Shown piece after piece: positions 1 through 14,063 of a stretch of DNA of 64,000 bases. Each line of letters opens with the position of its first letter. Within the stretch, counting starts at the first letter, position 1. The translations under genes and the position numbers were made by a program. The stretch comes from Adineta vaga. Taxonomy: Eukaryota > Animalia > Rotifera. The DNA is taken from positions 15,004,001 through 15,068,000 of the forward strand of contig CP075494.1 in assembly GCA_021613535.1 (NCBI GenBank), in the 5' to 3' direction. The notes under the pieces are model-generated. The model did not search any database, was not told where the DNA came from, and worked only from the letters and a program-made list of their open reading frames with translations.

Positions 1-1261
1 TCTTTTGATATTATGTAAGTATGATTAATGATAACAAGAAGTATGTAAGTTTTTTTAATAATAGTCGTATCACCTCGCTTGGCGAAATATTTTGGAGAAA
101 AAGGTTATTCGATATTTCCAATGGATTCTGTTGATTATACTACAAATCTTATCAATCAGATATTGACTCGACGTCGAGAACATGTTGAACGACGAAATGA
201 TTTTATTCAAATGATGATTGATCATGAAGAAGAAGTCAAAAGTGTAGTAGAAACAACTCAACAAACCGAGAATCAAAAGCAAGCTGATAGGCAACAGTGG
301 AAATCACTTAAGAAAAGTAAAAAAGAAATGACGACTTTTATTGTTTTAATTTCTTATCTAAATTAAGCTTTGAACGATAAAGAAATAGTTGCTCAAGCAC
401 TTACATTTCTAATTGGTGGTTATGAATCAACAAGTATTTTGTTATCATTCTTCTTCTATGTTATGGCAACAGAACCCGACATTCAAGAGAAGGTGTATGC
501 TGAGATTCGACAACAAATTGGAGATGTAAGTGAATGATAAAGTTATAGAGAATGAATTGTATGGAAGAGCTTAATTTAGGATGAGGTAACCTATGAGAAA
601 CTAAATGAACTTCATTATTTGAATATGGTGATCAATGAAACACTTCGAATGTATCCACCATTTATCAGGTGACTGCTTCTTTGATTATATCGTTGACCCA
701 ATGTTATATATTCATGATAGATTTGATCGTGTTGCCTCCCAAGATTATCAATTTGGTGCATATCATATACCAAAAGGAACTATTATCAATGTGCCAGTAT
801 ATCCAATTCATCATGATCCCGAAGTGTGGCCTGAACCAGAAAAGTTCATACCTGAAAGGTATCATTCGAGCACTCATGAGAATTATTTCATCACTAAACT
901 TTGACCCACGCACAGATTTTTAGCAACAGAAAAAGCAAAACGACATCCAATGGCCTATCTACCGTTTGGTGATGGTCCTCGGTAAATGAGTACAGTTGTC
1001 TTGGCTGATAATATTGAAGATGTTCTTGTAGAAATTGTATTGGAATGCGATTTGCATTGTTGGAAACTAAAATTGGAATAGTGAAAGCACTTCAAGTTGT
1101 AAAATTTCAACGATGTGAAAAGACTGAAGTACGAAATATTTATATGATTGAAATTCATCTTATATCTGTTTAATCTTTAGATTCCATTGAAATTAGGTAA
1201 AATGCCAACATTATCAAGTAGAGGTGATATTTTGCTCCGTGTTGTACGTCGATCTCAATGA
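1..1261 (+). CDS. Cytochrome P450, clan 3 (CYP3A-like), copy A; 3' part only, multi-exon
   Basis: Spliced exons give I-helix GGYESTS, K-helix ETLR, PERF and heme motif PFGDGPR/NCIGMRFA; stop TGA at 1259-1261; 5' end lies outside the window. Confidence 0.93.
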
Positions 1262-1518
1262 AAAAGTGTCAAACGAGAGTGTGTCGAAAGATTTTTACTG
1301 CATCATAAACCTATTAATAAATATTTATCCATGAAATAATCGTCTCTTAATTTCTATAGAAGTATAATAGATTTTTTTTATTGAGAATCTGTTTCTCAGC
1401 AACATCCAATAGGCATATCAACCTGGATTCGTATAAATATTGTCCGTTAGTAAATCATATATTGTTCGTTTATAATTAGTTTTTTTATTTCCTATAATGA
1501 CATGATTAAAACATTAAT

Positions 1519-2090
1519 ATGAGTTATTTTCTCATCAGTGGTTCAATTACTCTCAAATTATGTGTCATCTCTACATGTGTTTTCGCTTATTATGTGTAAG
1601 TATTAAGCCATGTTCATTATCACTATTATTACCATTGAATTTAGATACAAATTACTAACTAACAATATTATTCGTCGACTTCGAATACCTGGTCCCACTC
1701 CAATTCCTCTCCTGAGTGAACTATTTAATGTTATTCGTAAAGTATCGTATTTATTCCATTTGATTTTTACTATACAACGATTGTTGATGGATTTTTCTGA
1801 AAGGGTTTATATAAGAACGACATTGATCTTGTTCAGAAGTATGGTAAAATTGTTGGGTACGTATCAATGATCGTAATGACAAAAAATTGTATTCGAGAAT
1901 ATAAAAATTCGAGTGATGGAATCATTTTTTATTTAGAATAAATGAAGGAACAAGCTTTAATCTTTCGAGATTTTTTAATCTACATATTAGCTTGAGTAGA
2001 TGTATGGTCCAATAAATGAAGTGAGTGATATGTACAACAAACGTCTTCATGCATATGCGGATAAACAAGAAATGTTTAATATAAAAGAGT
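1519..2090 (+). pseudogene. Truncated CYP paralogue of the 11834 copy, with a ~251-bp internal deletion and no 3' half
   Basis: Near-identical to 11834-12265 including introns, then jumps at AAGCT (1952-1956) to sequence matching 12516 onward; similarity ends ~2090. Confidence 0.9.
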
Positions 2091-2390
2091 ACAAAGTATA
2101 ATCAATGAAGCATATTAAAGACTAAATGTCTTTCGTTTTTCACCTGTTCTTTTAGTGCGTTATACAAAGTGGTTTGTTGTTATTATTTTCCTAAGTGTAG
2201 GAGAGCGAACAGTACGGGAGTGATGAAGGTAAATATTTTTTCGCAAATATAACGTCGTCATATTTTTATCAACGTGAGAAGAGGTATAATGTAAGAAAAA
2301 AACTATTCGCTGGATATTGAACAATAATTTATATAGATCCAGGAATCAAAATACTATTTTCACGGCTTGTGCTAGATACGAAATATCAAA

Positions 2391-4651
2391 ATGGTTTTCT
2401 TTCTAATCGGTGGTTCAATTTCACTGACATTACTAACTGTTCTTATTCTTCTATTTGCTTATTATGTGTAAGTATTCGATTTTTAATGTTAATTTAATGA
2501 GTTAACAAGTACATTATATAGTTACAATTTATGGACAAACAATATCTTTCGTCGACTTGGAATTCCAGGTCCAACACCAATACCATTTCTTGGTGAAATG
2601 TTTCGAGTTATGCGAAAAGTAATAGCATTTACTGTTAGAAAGGATGATAGTCAAAATTGTAAACTTATTATGCTTAGGGAATATATAAGAATGACATGGA
2701 TCTTATACAAAAATATGGAAAAATTGTTGGGTTAGTATAGACAGAGACATGTATCAAGATTTTAAAATATACTATACGTTTTTAGTATCTATCAAGGTAC
2801 AAGCCCGATCATACTTGTAGCTGATCTGGATATTCTTCGAAATGTTCTCATCAAAGATTCACATGTGTTTATCAATCGAAGAGTATGTGTTCATAAACTC
2901 ATCCCTATTACAGCATAATATTCACACTTCTTTTGTCTAGGGGATTGCAGGTGTAACGGGTCCATTTCAACATGGTCTGACTCAGTTAAAAGATGAGCAT
3001 TGGAAAAATGCTCGATCCATTGTTTCACCTACTTTCTCCACTGCTAAACTTAAAACTGTATAATTATTTCATTGTCTCTATCTTTTCTATCATTTTCATT
3101 CATATAGATGTATGGTTTGATGAATGAAGTGAGTGAAGTGTATACCAAACGTCTTCTTGTATATGCTGACAAACAAGAAATGTTTAATATCAAACAGTAT
3201 GTTTATTTTTGATTTATTAATAATAGTTAATTTATATAATGACCACAAAACTATAGATTAAATAGTGAATTTGCGTTGGATAATATTGCAACATGTTTAT
3301 TTGGTATTGAAACAAATTCTCTTCAAAATGAAAATGCGACATTGATTAATTATTTAAAGAAATTTTTCACGCTTAGTCTCAGAAATATATTAGTTCTGAT
3401 ATTATGTAAGTGTGACCACTAAGAAGAAAAGTTTTCTATATTCTTTTAATAATAGTGATATCACCACGTTTGTCGACATACTTAGGCAAGAAGGGTTATT
3501 CAGTACTACCGAGTGATTCACTCAATTATACTACGAATCTTCTCGATCAAATATTAGCTCGTCGTCGACAACATCTTGAACGAAGAAATGATTTTATTCA
3601 AATGATGGTCGATCGTGAAGAAGATGTCACAAATGAAGGAGAAACAAGTCAACAAACAGAAGAACAACATGATGATCATCAGCAATGGAAACCAATGAAG
3701 AAAAGTATGATGACAAAAAATGATCATTGAATTTTAATTTTAAATCATATGTTCTTAGCTTTGAATGATAAAGAAATACTTGGTCAAGCTTTAGTTTTTC
3801 TTATTGCTGGTTATGAAACTACCAGTGTCTTGATGTCATTCTTCTTCTATGTTATGGCAACGGAACCTGCCATTCAAGAGAAAGTCTATGACGAAATTCG
3901 ACAAGAAATTGGAGATGTAAGTCAACAATGAAATTAGTCAATACAACAATATGTAGAATATTTTCTTTTAAGAATGAAGTGACTTATGAGAAACTCAATG
4001 AACTTCGTTATTTGGATATGGTAATCAATGAAACACTTCGAATGTATACACCATTCATTAGGTATGAGTTTCATTTGCACATATCCTTGATCTAACAATA
4101 TGTCCCGATAATAGATTTGATCGTGTCGCATCTCAAGATTACAATCTAGGTCCATACCGTATACCAGAAGGAACCATCATCGGTATACCTATGTACCCAA
4201 TTCATCGTGATGCTGAAACATGGCCTGAGCCTGACAAATTCATACCTGAAAGGTAAAATTGAGAGATAGTTGTTAGAAAAGATGATCTTATTTCATAGAT
4301 TTTCATCTTCTGAAAAAATTAAACGCCATCCAATGGCACATCTTCCATTTGGTGACGGACCTCGGTAAGAAGACATAGGAGTTTACTTGATTCAGTCAAT
4401 ACATATGATGATTAATATTTATAGTAATTGCATTGGAATGCGATTTGCATTGCTCGAAGCTAAACTTGGAATTGTCAAAGCACTTCAAGTTGTAGAATAT
4501 CAACGCTGTGAAAAAACAGAAGTAAATAATGATATTCCTGAAAATATTTTTGTATCATCACTTTGGTTGTTAGGTTCCACTTGTATTCAGCAAATCTGGG
4601 GTTTTTAACAGCAAAAATGGCCTTTTCGTGCGTGTTGTTCGTCGATCTTAA
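2391..4651 (+). CDS. Cytochrome P450 clan 3, copy B
   Basis: ATG 2391 with N-terminal anchor, PGP(T)P hinge, AGYETTS, ETLR, PERF, PFGDGPRNCIGMRFA, stop TAA 4649-4651. Confidence 0.93.
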
Positions 4652-5267
4652 TGAGCGACGTGTTTGTTACTTGCTTATTGATAAGTTATTCTTAATCTGA
4701 AAGTTTTGTTTTTAAATCATATTTTATTATAGTACTACTACTACTCTGCCTCATATTTGCTTCGTATAAATGCTTTATTTTTATGCAAACATAAAAAGAA
4801 TATTAGATTATATTTAGTCATACTTAACTCGTTTTAGTTTACTCAAATCTGATATTGTATATTTAAACGTTTGTGGTCTGTTGAAAATGAATTATATAAA
4901 TTATTTTTGTACATTTATTCATCAAAAAGTTGAAATTTATTTCTCTATATGAACGGAAAAAGGAATTTTGGCCGTATATGTCGAAAAACAAGAGATACTT
5001 CATAGTACAGAGTACAAATCGAAATGTCATCAATACTTGTACGAATGATATGTATCGGTATTTTCATAGGACCTCAAGAACCGAGAAAACATGAGTCATA
5101 AAAGTAAATATTTTTTGTCAATATTATTGTGTTCTTGTCGACGTGGCCACAAAAGGTGTGATGCAAGAACAAAAAAGGTTGCTCGACATTAAACGAAGAA
5201 TTATATCAATGTATAAATGAGCCGACTATGCGATGATTTCTTTTTGTTCTAGATACGAAATATCAAA

Positions 5268-7580
5268 ATGGTTTTCTTTCTAATCGGTGGTTCAATTACA
5301 TTGACATTAATAACTGTCCTTATTCTTCTATTTACTTACTATGTGTAAGTATTCGGTTTTTATGTTAATTTAATAAGTTGAAAAGAAAATTGTATAGTTA
5401 CAATTTATGGACAAATAATATCTTTCGTCGACTTGGAATTCCAGGTCCAACACCAATACCATTTCTTGGTGAAATGTTTCGAGTTATGCGAAAAGTAATC
5501 AATTTTGTTATTTCGTTTGATGAAGTTCGAGTTTGTTTCTCGCTAGGGATTGTATAAAAACGACATGGATCTTGTGAAAAAATATGGCAAAATTGTCGGG
5601 TAAGTAAATAGATATAAAGTGATGGGAGATGCTGATATGAATGACTTTATTTTCGTCTATATAAAAATAAAGAGATATTGTATATTCATTTTAGCATTTA
5701 TGAGGGAACAACTCCAATTATTCTTATAGCTGATCCCGAGATTCTTCGAAATGTTTTAATTAAAGATTCTCATATGTTTATCAATCGACGAGTAGGAAAA
5801 GACAAATTTGTTTTTCTTTTTTGATTGATTATGTATTGTTGTTTTTGTAGATTATTGAAGGTGCTGCAGGTCCATTCGAACATGGACTTACAGCATTGAA
5901 AGATGAACATTGGAAAAATGCTCGATCGATTGTTTCACCTGCATTCTCTAGCGCCAAAATCAAAGCAGTATATATTCCTATTTCATAGTATATTTGTCAT
6001 TTCTGTCTCATCGTAGATGTATGGTCTTATAAATGAAATCAGTGATATATATAACGAACGTCTTCTTCAATATGCTGATAAACAAGAAATGTTTGATATC
6101 AAATTGTATGTGGATTATTTTGCTTTCAACGATTATATGAAATGGCTTTTGAATTTAATTAACATAGATTAAATGGACAATATACCCTTGATAATATTGC
6201 TAGTTGCTTATTTGGTATTGAAACTAATTCATTACAAAACGAAAATGGTGTTTTGATTAATCATTTGAAAAAGTTTTTCACCGTTAGTCTTGCAAATCTA
6301 TTTATACTTGTTATCTGTAAGTATATCTTACCCTTGAATTTTTCTTTATTATTTTTTTCTTATTATGATGAATAGTGGTATCACCACGATTAGCCAAGTA
6401 TTTAGGAAAGAAAGGCTATTCTTTCTTACCAAAGGCGGCTATAGATTATACAAGTGAACTTGTAAACCAAATAATAAGTCGTCGTCGACAACATCTTGAA
6501 CGAAGAAATGATTTTATTCAAATGATGGTTGATCGTGAAGAAGATGTCACAAATGAAGGAGAAACAAGTCAACAAACAGAAGAACAACATGATGATCATC
6601 AGCAATGGAAACCACTGAAGAAAAGTATGATGACAAAAAATGATCATTGAATTTTAATTTTAAATCATATGTTCTTAGCTTTGAATGATAAAGAAATACT
6701 TGGTCAAGCTTTGGTTTTTCTTATTGCTGGTTATGAAACCACCAGTGTCTTGATGTCATTCTTCTTCTATATTATGGCAATACAACCTGCCATTCAAGAG
6801 AAAGTCTATCATGAAATTCAACAAGAAATTGGAGATGTGAGTCAACAATGCAATTAGTCAATACAACAATGTGTAGAATATTTTCTATTAAGAATGAAGT
6901 AACTTATGAGAAACTGAATGAACTTCGTTATTTGGATATGGTAATCAATGAAACACTTCGAATGTATACACCATTCATTAGGTTTGTTTCATGAAACTTT
7001 TTCTTGATGTACACCTGTATTTATATCATAGAACCGATCGTGTTGCATCTCAAGATTATCAACTTGGTTCATATCTTATACCAAAAGGATCTATTATTAA
7101 TATATCTATATATCCAGTTCATCATGATCCTGAAGCGTGGCCTGAACCGGAAAAATTCATACCTGAAAGGTAGAATTGATATTTATTACATATTGCTTTT
7201 TGTTGAGCATCATAATATTGTGAAATAGATTTTTGTCAATTGAGAAAGCTAAGCGACATCCATTAACATATCTTCCTTTTGGTGATGGTCCACGGTGAGT
7301 AAAAATAATTGAATCTGTATATGAATAAAATATTCATTTAATAATCTGAATAGTAATTGTATTGGAATGCGATTTGCTCTATTGGAAGCTAAACTTGGAA
7401 TTGTCAAAGCACTTCGTGTGGCCGAATTTCAGAAATGTGAAAAGACCGAAGTAAGTGGCAATATTAGGAGTATTGATATCTTAGGCATGTTATTTATAGG
7501 TACCTCTTCAATTGGGAAAACTAGCAGTTTTGAATACAAAAAATGGTGTTTTTCTACGTGTCGTTCGCCGATCACAATAA
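5268..7580 (+). CDS. Cytochrome P450 clan 3, copy C
   Basis: Same exon structure and P450 motifs as copy B; stop TAA 7578-7580. Confidence 0.93.
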
Positions 7581-7996
7581 CTAACACGTGTTTCGCTGAG
7601 TTTTTTTGAATAGTTGTCCTGCCGCTTATACGCTTTTTTATAATGTTGTTCATAGATTTTGATGTGCTAGAGTATCAAATCGCAGAATCAGTTCTGATTT
7701 ACTTTCTATCGTTGCTCAATAACAGTTGAGCGACGATAGAAAGTTATTTTAAAATATTTACATTCCATTTAATGTTCACATCAATCGTCGACTTTTATCA
7801 ATGAATCATACTATTTCACCAGATTCACATTACAGTATAAAAAGAAAAGAAACTTGAATGTCAACAAATGTCCTCGTATAGAAACGATAAAAATATAATG
7901 TGTTGACATTAAAAATGAATCATCAATAAATATACAGCTTATCTGTCAATAAACACATTTACTTTACTGTAAGAAGAATTACTAGTTACTTCAACA

Positions 7997-10217
7997 ATGA
8001 CTTACTTTTTAATTTGTAATTCATTTTCATTAATATTATTGGTTATTTTAATCCTTATCTTTGCATATTATGTGTAAGTGTTATATCATATAGATCTATT
8101 TATCCTAAATAAAGTTATATTGAATAAAATTCTAGTTATAATTTACGTACGAATGATATCTTTCGTCGACTTAAAATGCCTAGTCCACCACCTATTCCTC
8201 TATTGGGAGAAATGTTTAATACCATGAGAAAGGTTTTACATATACGATGTTAATTATACAAAATTCTATATTTAATTTATTTTCTTATTTATTCAGGGAC
8301 TATATGCTAATGATCTTGATCTTGTTCAAAAATATGGAAAAATTATTGGGCGAGTATAGATCATTACTCTATATAAATGTTTATCAAGAAATTATTATAG
8401 ATTTTACGAAGGCAATAGTCCAGTTGTTCTTTTGTCCGAACCCGATCTTCTTCGAAATGTACTGATTAAAGACTCACATGTATTCATGAATCGACGAGTT
8501 AGTTTTACTAAATAGTCTTTTCAAGAAGTTTTATCGTTGAATCTATGTATTTTCAGACGATAGATGGTGTAGCAGGTGTTTTAGAACATAGTTTAATAAC
8601 TTTAAAAGATGAACAGTGGAAAAATGTTCGATCTCTTATTTCACCAACTTTCTCCTCCGCTAAACTTAAAATAGTAACTATTTGATTTTCATTCTTGCAT
8701 CATCTATTCCATCAATCTATGTCATAGATGTATGTTTTAATGAACGAAGTTAGTGAAGCATATAGTAAACGTCTTCTTGAATATGCTGACAAACAAGAAA
8801 TGTTTGATATCCAACAGTATGTCTATATATATATATATATATTGTTTATTATGAATAGTTAAATTGTATGATTAATTTGAAATAATAGACTGAATAGTGA
8901 ATTCACATTGGATAATATTGCAACATGTTTATTTGGTATTGAAACAAATTCTCTTCAACATGAAAATGTGACATTGATTAATTATTTGAAGAAATTTTTT
9001 AGTTTTAATATTTCAAATCTATTGTTTTTATTAATATGTAAGTAAGATCAATACTGATGAAAGTTTGTAAATACTTCTTACGAAAATAGATATATCACCA
9101 CGACTGGTGAAATACTTAGAAGAAAGAGGTTATTCAATACTACCAAAAGATTCTGTTGATTATACTACAAATGTTATCAATCAAATCTTGGATCGTCGTC
9201 GACAACGTCTTGAACGAAGAAATGACTTTATTCAAATGATGATTGACCATGAAGAAGAATCAGAACAAACAAAAGAAGATCAACATGATGATCATCAACA
9301 ATCGAAACTACTTAAAAAAAGTAGTAGAAAAACAGATTCTTTGTATTGTTTTCAGTTGTTTTTGGATTTTAGCATTGAATGATAAAGAAATACTTGGTCA
9401 AGCATTTGGATTTCTATTTGCTGGTTATGAAACAACAAGTGTATTGATGTCATTCTTTTTCTATATTATGGCAACAGAACAACGTATCATTCAAGAAAAA
9501 GTCTATGATGAAATCCGACAAGAAATTGGAGAAGATGAAATTACTTACGAAAAACTCAATCAACTTCATTATTTGGATATGGTGATTAGTGAAACACTTC
9601 GAATGTATCCACCTATTTTTAGGTACGTGTTTCTTATACGTTTTTCTTTTTATCAATATATTCATAATTCTGATAGATTTGAACGTGTAGCGTCGGCGGA
9701 CTATCATCTCGGCGATTATCATATACCAAAAGGAATGATCATAAGTGTACCTGTATATCCCATACATCATAATGCGGACGTATGGACTGAACCTGAAAAG
9801 TTCATACCTGAAAGGTATCATTGAGAAGAAAAGAACTTTGATAATAAACGATACTATTTATTTAGATTTTCACCTGCAGAGAAAGCAAAACGACATCCAA
9901 TGGCTTATCTTCCATTTGGTGATGGACCACGGTATAATAATGATATTTATTGATACAATAAAGTTATACTATCATTTATGATTTCAGAAACTGTCTTGGT
10001 ATGCGTTTTGCCTTGCTTGAGATTAAACTTGGAATAGTGAAAGCATTGCGCTTAGTAGAAATACAGCAATGTGAAAAGACTGAAGTATTTCATCATTATA
10101 TCACTCTGATGTATTTGACATGTATGTAATTTTTAGATTCCTATTCAATTGAGTAAGAGACCAACTTTATCGAGTAAAAATGGTATTTGGGTTCGTGTTG
10201 CGCGTCGAGTTCAATGA
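7997..10217 (+). CDS. Cytochrome P450 clan 3, copy D (lacks one intron present in the paralogues)
   Basis: AGYETTS, ETLR, PERF, PFGDGPRNCLGMRFA; IRQEIGEDEITYEK is uninterrupted; stop TGA 10215-10217. Confidence 0.92.
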
Positions 10218-10449
10218 AATATACATACAAGGAATATCTCAAACATTATTAAAGACTAATTTTGCTCATTTATAATTATAAACATAGATTTTGTAGCTTT
10301 TATCACAAATATAAAATAAAGTGTAATTTTGCTGTTTAGAAACTGTTTCTCAGTGGTATCAGTCATATGTGTCGAATAATTCGTCTACATATCTTGTCTC
10401 ATTTTCAGTTCTAACAAAAACATCAATAACATACTTTGTAAGTGCCGAT

Positions 10450-10850
10450 GTTCTCATCAATTATTATTAATAGCTCTTTGAGTTAAATACAATTTATTAA
10501 CAAACAATATCAATCGTCCGTTTGGAATACCTAATCAAACTAAGAGGTACCGCCTGTCTCGACTGGGTTGATGATTATCATTTTTTTATAAGTTAATCGT
10601 ATGACAATGTATGGTTTTGTTAAGTTTTTATTATTCTTATTGGATTGTTGTTTCGTCACGAATCGCTCATTATTTAAATGGAAGAGGTTATTTATTATTA
10701 GCAAAAGAAAGAATGAAACATGATGAACAACAATCACGAACACGTAGAGAAAGTAACATTTCACTATTCAGTCGATTTTCAGCATAGATTTTATTTTTAG
10801 TTTTGAATAATACTTTTACTTGCTGGTTATAAAACAACAAGTATATTGAC
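10450..10850 (+). pseudogene. Heavily decayed CYP remnant (exon-2-like and I-helix-like pieces)
   Basis: 'aatacaatttattaacaaacaatatcaatcgtccgtttggaatacc' resembles exon 2; 'ttacttgctggttataaaacaacaagtatattga' resembles LLAGYETTSVL of copy E. Confidence 0.65.
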
Positions 10851-11833
10851 GAGGATAGTGAAAATACGGACTTTACCAACCGCTATTACTCGAGAATATG
10901 AACTGCGCAGAAAATTCTACGTCGTTAGTATTATAAAATAAGTAGAAGTACGCATCAACGTTTTTGCCATTTGGAGTCTGGTTGAACCTCGAAGGGTAGA
11001 ACAAATTATACATCTATTGCTTTTGAGAAATCGTTCGGTTAAGTATTTTAACATTCAGCCGACTTTAAAGAATATCTTAAAAGCTTATATCGTTATTTTA
11101 CGAGCTCCTGAAAAACAAATGAATTCTGTATTAGTAACATTGCATGAGAATTCTCTGGAATATTCTTTTTCATTGGAGAGTTTATTGTAAAACTATGAAA
11201 GGCTAGCTGATATCGCTTAATAATCTTCGACTTGAGTTCCCCCTCTTTATTACCATCAATAATTTCACTTAGTGACATCCAACCGCACATATTGCAACTA
11301 ACAGGATAGCATAAGTCTTACAAAGCGAAAGCAAGAGTCATGATATTCCATCATGTACATTGTTTTTGTGCTTCTAACATTGCATTCCGTGGGTGAAGAG
11401 AGTTAGCTGCTAAATTTTGTGCATTTCTAGGACTAGATATCTTTTAGTTGATAACGGTGTTCCAATCGGCCGTGTCTCGTTTAAATGGTTTTAGTATTCT
11501 TTCTTTAATTGACTTTTCCGTATTGTTCTCTTAATGATATTTCTTTCTGCAATATTGAGTAGTTATGCTATGATAGTATTTGATGCTACATTTACTATTT
11601 TATGTTCTAACCTCGTTTCGTTTGTATGCGTCTGTTTCTCATACTTTATCCTGAAAGTAAACGAGCGACAATATCGTAGTGACCTCTGATCTATGTATTT
11701 CGTTACTGATTCAATAGCAATCCATTCAGAAAGCGGAACGAAAGAACCTGTCCATTTAGTAAATCACATGTATATGTTGTTCGTTTATAATTAGCTTTTT
11801 CATTTCCCATAATGACATGATTAAAACATTAAT

Positions 11834-14063
11834 ATGAGTTATTTTCTCATCGGTGATTCAATAACTTTCACATTATTTGTAATCTCTCATGTGTTTTCGC
11901 TTATTATGTGTAAGTATTAAGCCATGTTCATTATCACTATTATTGCCATTGAATTTAGATACAATTTACTAACTAACAATATTATTCGTCGACTTCGAAT
12001 ACCTGGTCCCACTCCAATTCCTCTCCTGGGTGAACTATTTAATGTTATTCGTAAAGTATCGTATTTATTCCATTTGAATTTGACTATACAACGATTGTTG
12101 ATGGATTTTTCTCAAAGGGTTTATATAAGAACGACATTGATCTTGTTCAGAAGTATGGTAAAATTGTTGGGTAAGTATCAATGATCATAATGACAAAAAA
12201 TTGTATTCGAGCATGTAAAAATTCAAGCGATGAAATGATTTGTATTTAGAATATTCGAAGGACCAAGCTCTACAATATTGCTAACAGATCCCGAACTTCT
12301 TCGTAAAGTTCTTATCAAAGATGCACATGTGTTTATGAATCGTCGAGTCCGTAGATGACAAAATGTGACATTCTATATATTTGAATTGTTCTTAGTCTGT
12401 TGAAGGTATCGTCGGTCCACTTGAACATGGACTGACTCAACTTAAAGATGAACATTGGAAAAATGCACGATCAATCGTCTCACCAACATTCTCAACAGCT
12501 AAACTGAAAGCAGTAAAGCTTTAATCTTTCGAGATTTTTTTAATCTACATATTAGTCTGAGTAGATGTATGGTCTAATGAATGAAGTGAGTGATATGTAC
12601 AACAAACGTCTTTTGGAATATGCGGATAAACAAGAAATATTTAATATTAAAGAGTATGTTCAATTGTAATTCATATCTATGAAACACACTTTTTAGTTTA
12701 TCACAGAGTCACTCAAGAATTTACACTTGATACGATTGGTTCTTGTTTGTTTGGAATCGAAACAAATTCGTTACAAAACGAAAATCTGACTTTAGTCAAA
12801 CATTTAAAACAATTGTTTTCATTGAGTTTGGCGAACTTGATGGTCATCGTCTTTTGTAAGTCACGAAAAATTGTATGTACGTTTATAAAGTTGTGATCCT
12901 TGTTTTTATTAACAGTTATTTCACCACGCTTCGCTCGTTATTTAAGTAAGAAAGGTTTTTCCTTATTGCCAAGAGAGACGATAAATTATTTAACTCAATT
13001 ATTAAATCAAATACTGGATCGTCGTCGACAACATCTTGAACGACGAAATGATTTTATACAAATTATGGTTGATCATGAGGAAGAAGTAAAACATGAAGAA
13101 CAACAACCAACAGAAACACTTCGAAAAAGTAAATTTTTCAATGTTGAAAAGATTTTCAACGTAGATTTCGTTGTAGCTTTGAATGATAAAGAAATACTTG
13201 GACAAGCAATGATTTTTCTACTTGCCGGTTATGAAACAACAAGTGTATTGATGTCATTTTTCTTCTATATTATGGCAATCGAACCAGAAATTCAAGAAAA
13301 AGTTTACAATGAAATTGAGCAAGAAATTGGCGATGTATTTAAATGAAATTAATACAATAAATGTGGGATGAAGGATAGTTTTTATTTTAGAATGACATTA
13401 CCTATGAAAATATTAGTCAACTTCATTATTTGGATATGGTTGTTAGTGAAACACTTCGTATGTATCCACCGGTGATCAGGTGCAGTCAGATTGATATAGG
13501 TCACGTGTTTTTAATATAAGAATATTTTGATAGATTCGATCGTGTAGCAAGTGATAATTATAAACTTGGTGATTATCAAATATTGAAAGGTTTTATTATA
13601 ACTATTCCTATTTATCCAATTCATCATAATCCAACAGTTTGGCCTGATCCAGAAAAATTCATACCCGAAAGGTTAAGTGATGAACATGGACTTATTTATT
13701 AAATATTTGATATTTCAATAGGTTTTCAACAGCAGAGAAAGCAAAACGAGATCCAATGACATATCTTCCATTTGGTGATGGTCCTCGGTAACTGAGAATA
13801 GCTGTCTTATTTAATAATACTAGAAATATACTTGTAGCAATTGTATTGGTATGCGCTTTGCATTATTAGAAGCTAAAATTGCCATTGCTAAAGCATTACG
13901 TACCGTCGAAATACAGCGATGTGAAAAGACACAAGTAAATATTGTGGTTGTTATAAAAATCGATTACTATTGTTCTGCATAGGTTCCTTTGAAACTCAGT
14001 AAAATGAAGGGGTTGTTTCCAAAGGAAGGTATCTGGTTACGTGTAACTCGTCGATCTCAATAA
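11834..14063 (+). CDS. Cytochrome P450 clan 3, copy E (apparent 1-nt deletion in exon 1)
   Basis: All P450 motifs present, stop TAA 14061-14063; exon 1 is 76 nt versus 77 nt in paralogues (tctcatgt versus tctacatgt). Confidence 0.85.

Noticed and set aside
10860-11650. Coding-like minus-strand stretch between the CYP remnant and copy E (ORF 11093-11290)
   Set aside because: Interrupted by stops, with no recognisable domain or terminal repeats; possibly an old insertion but unsupported
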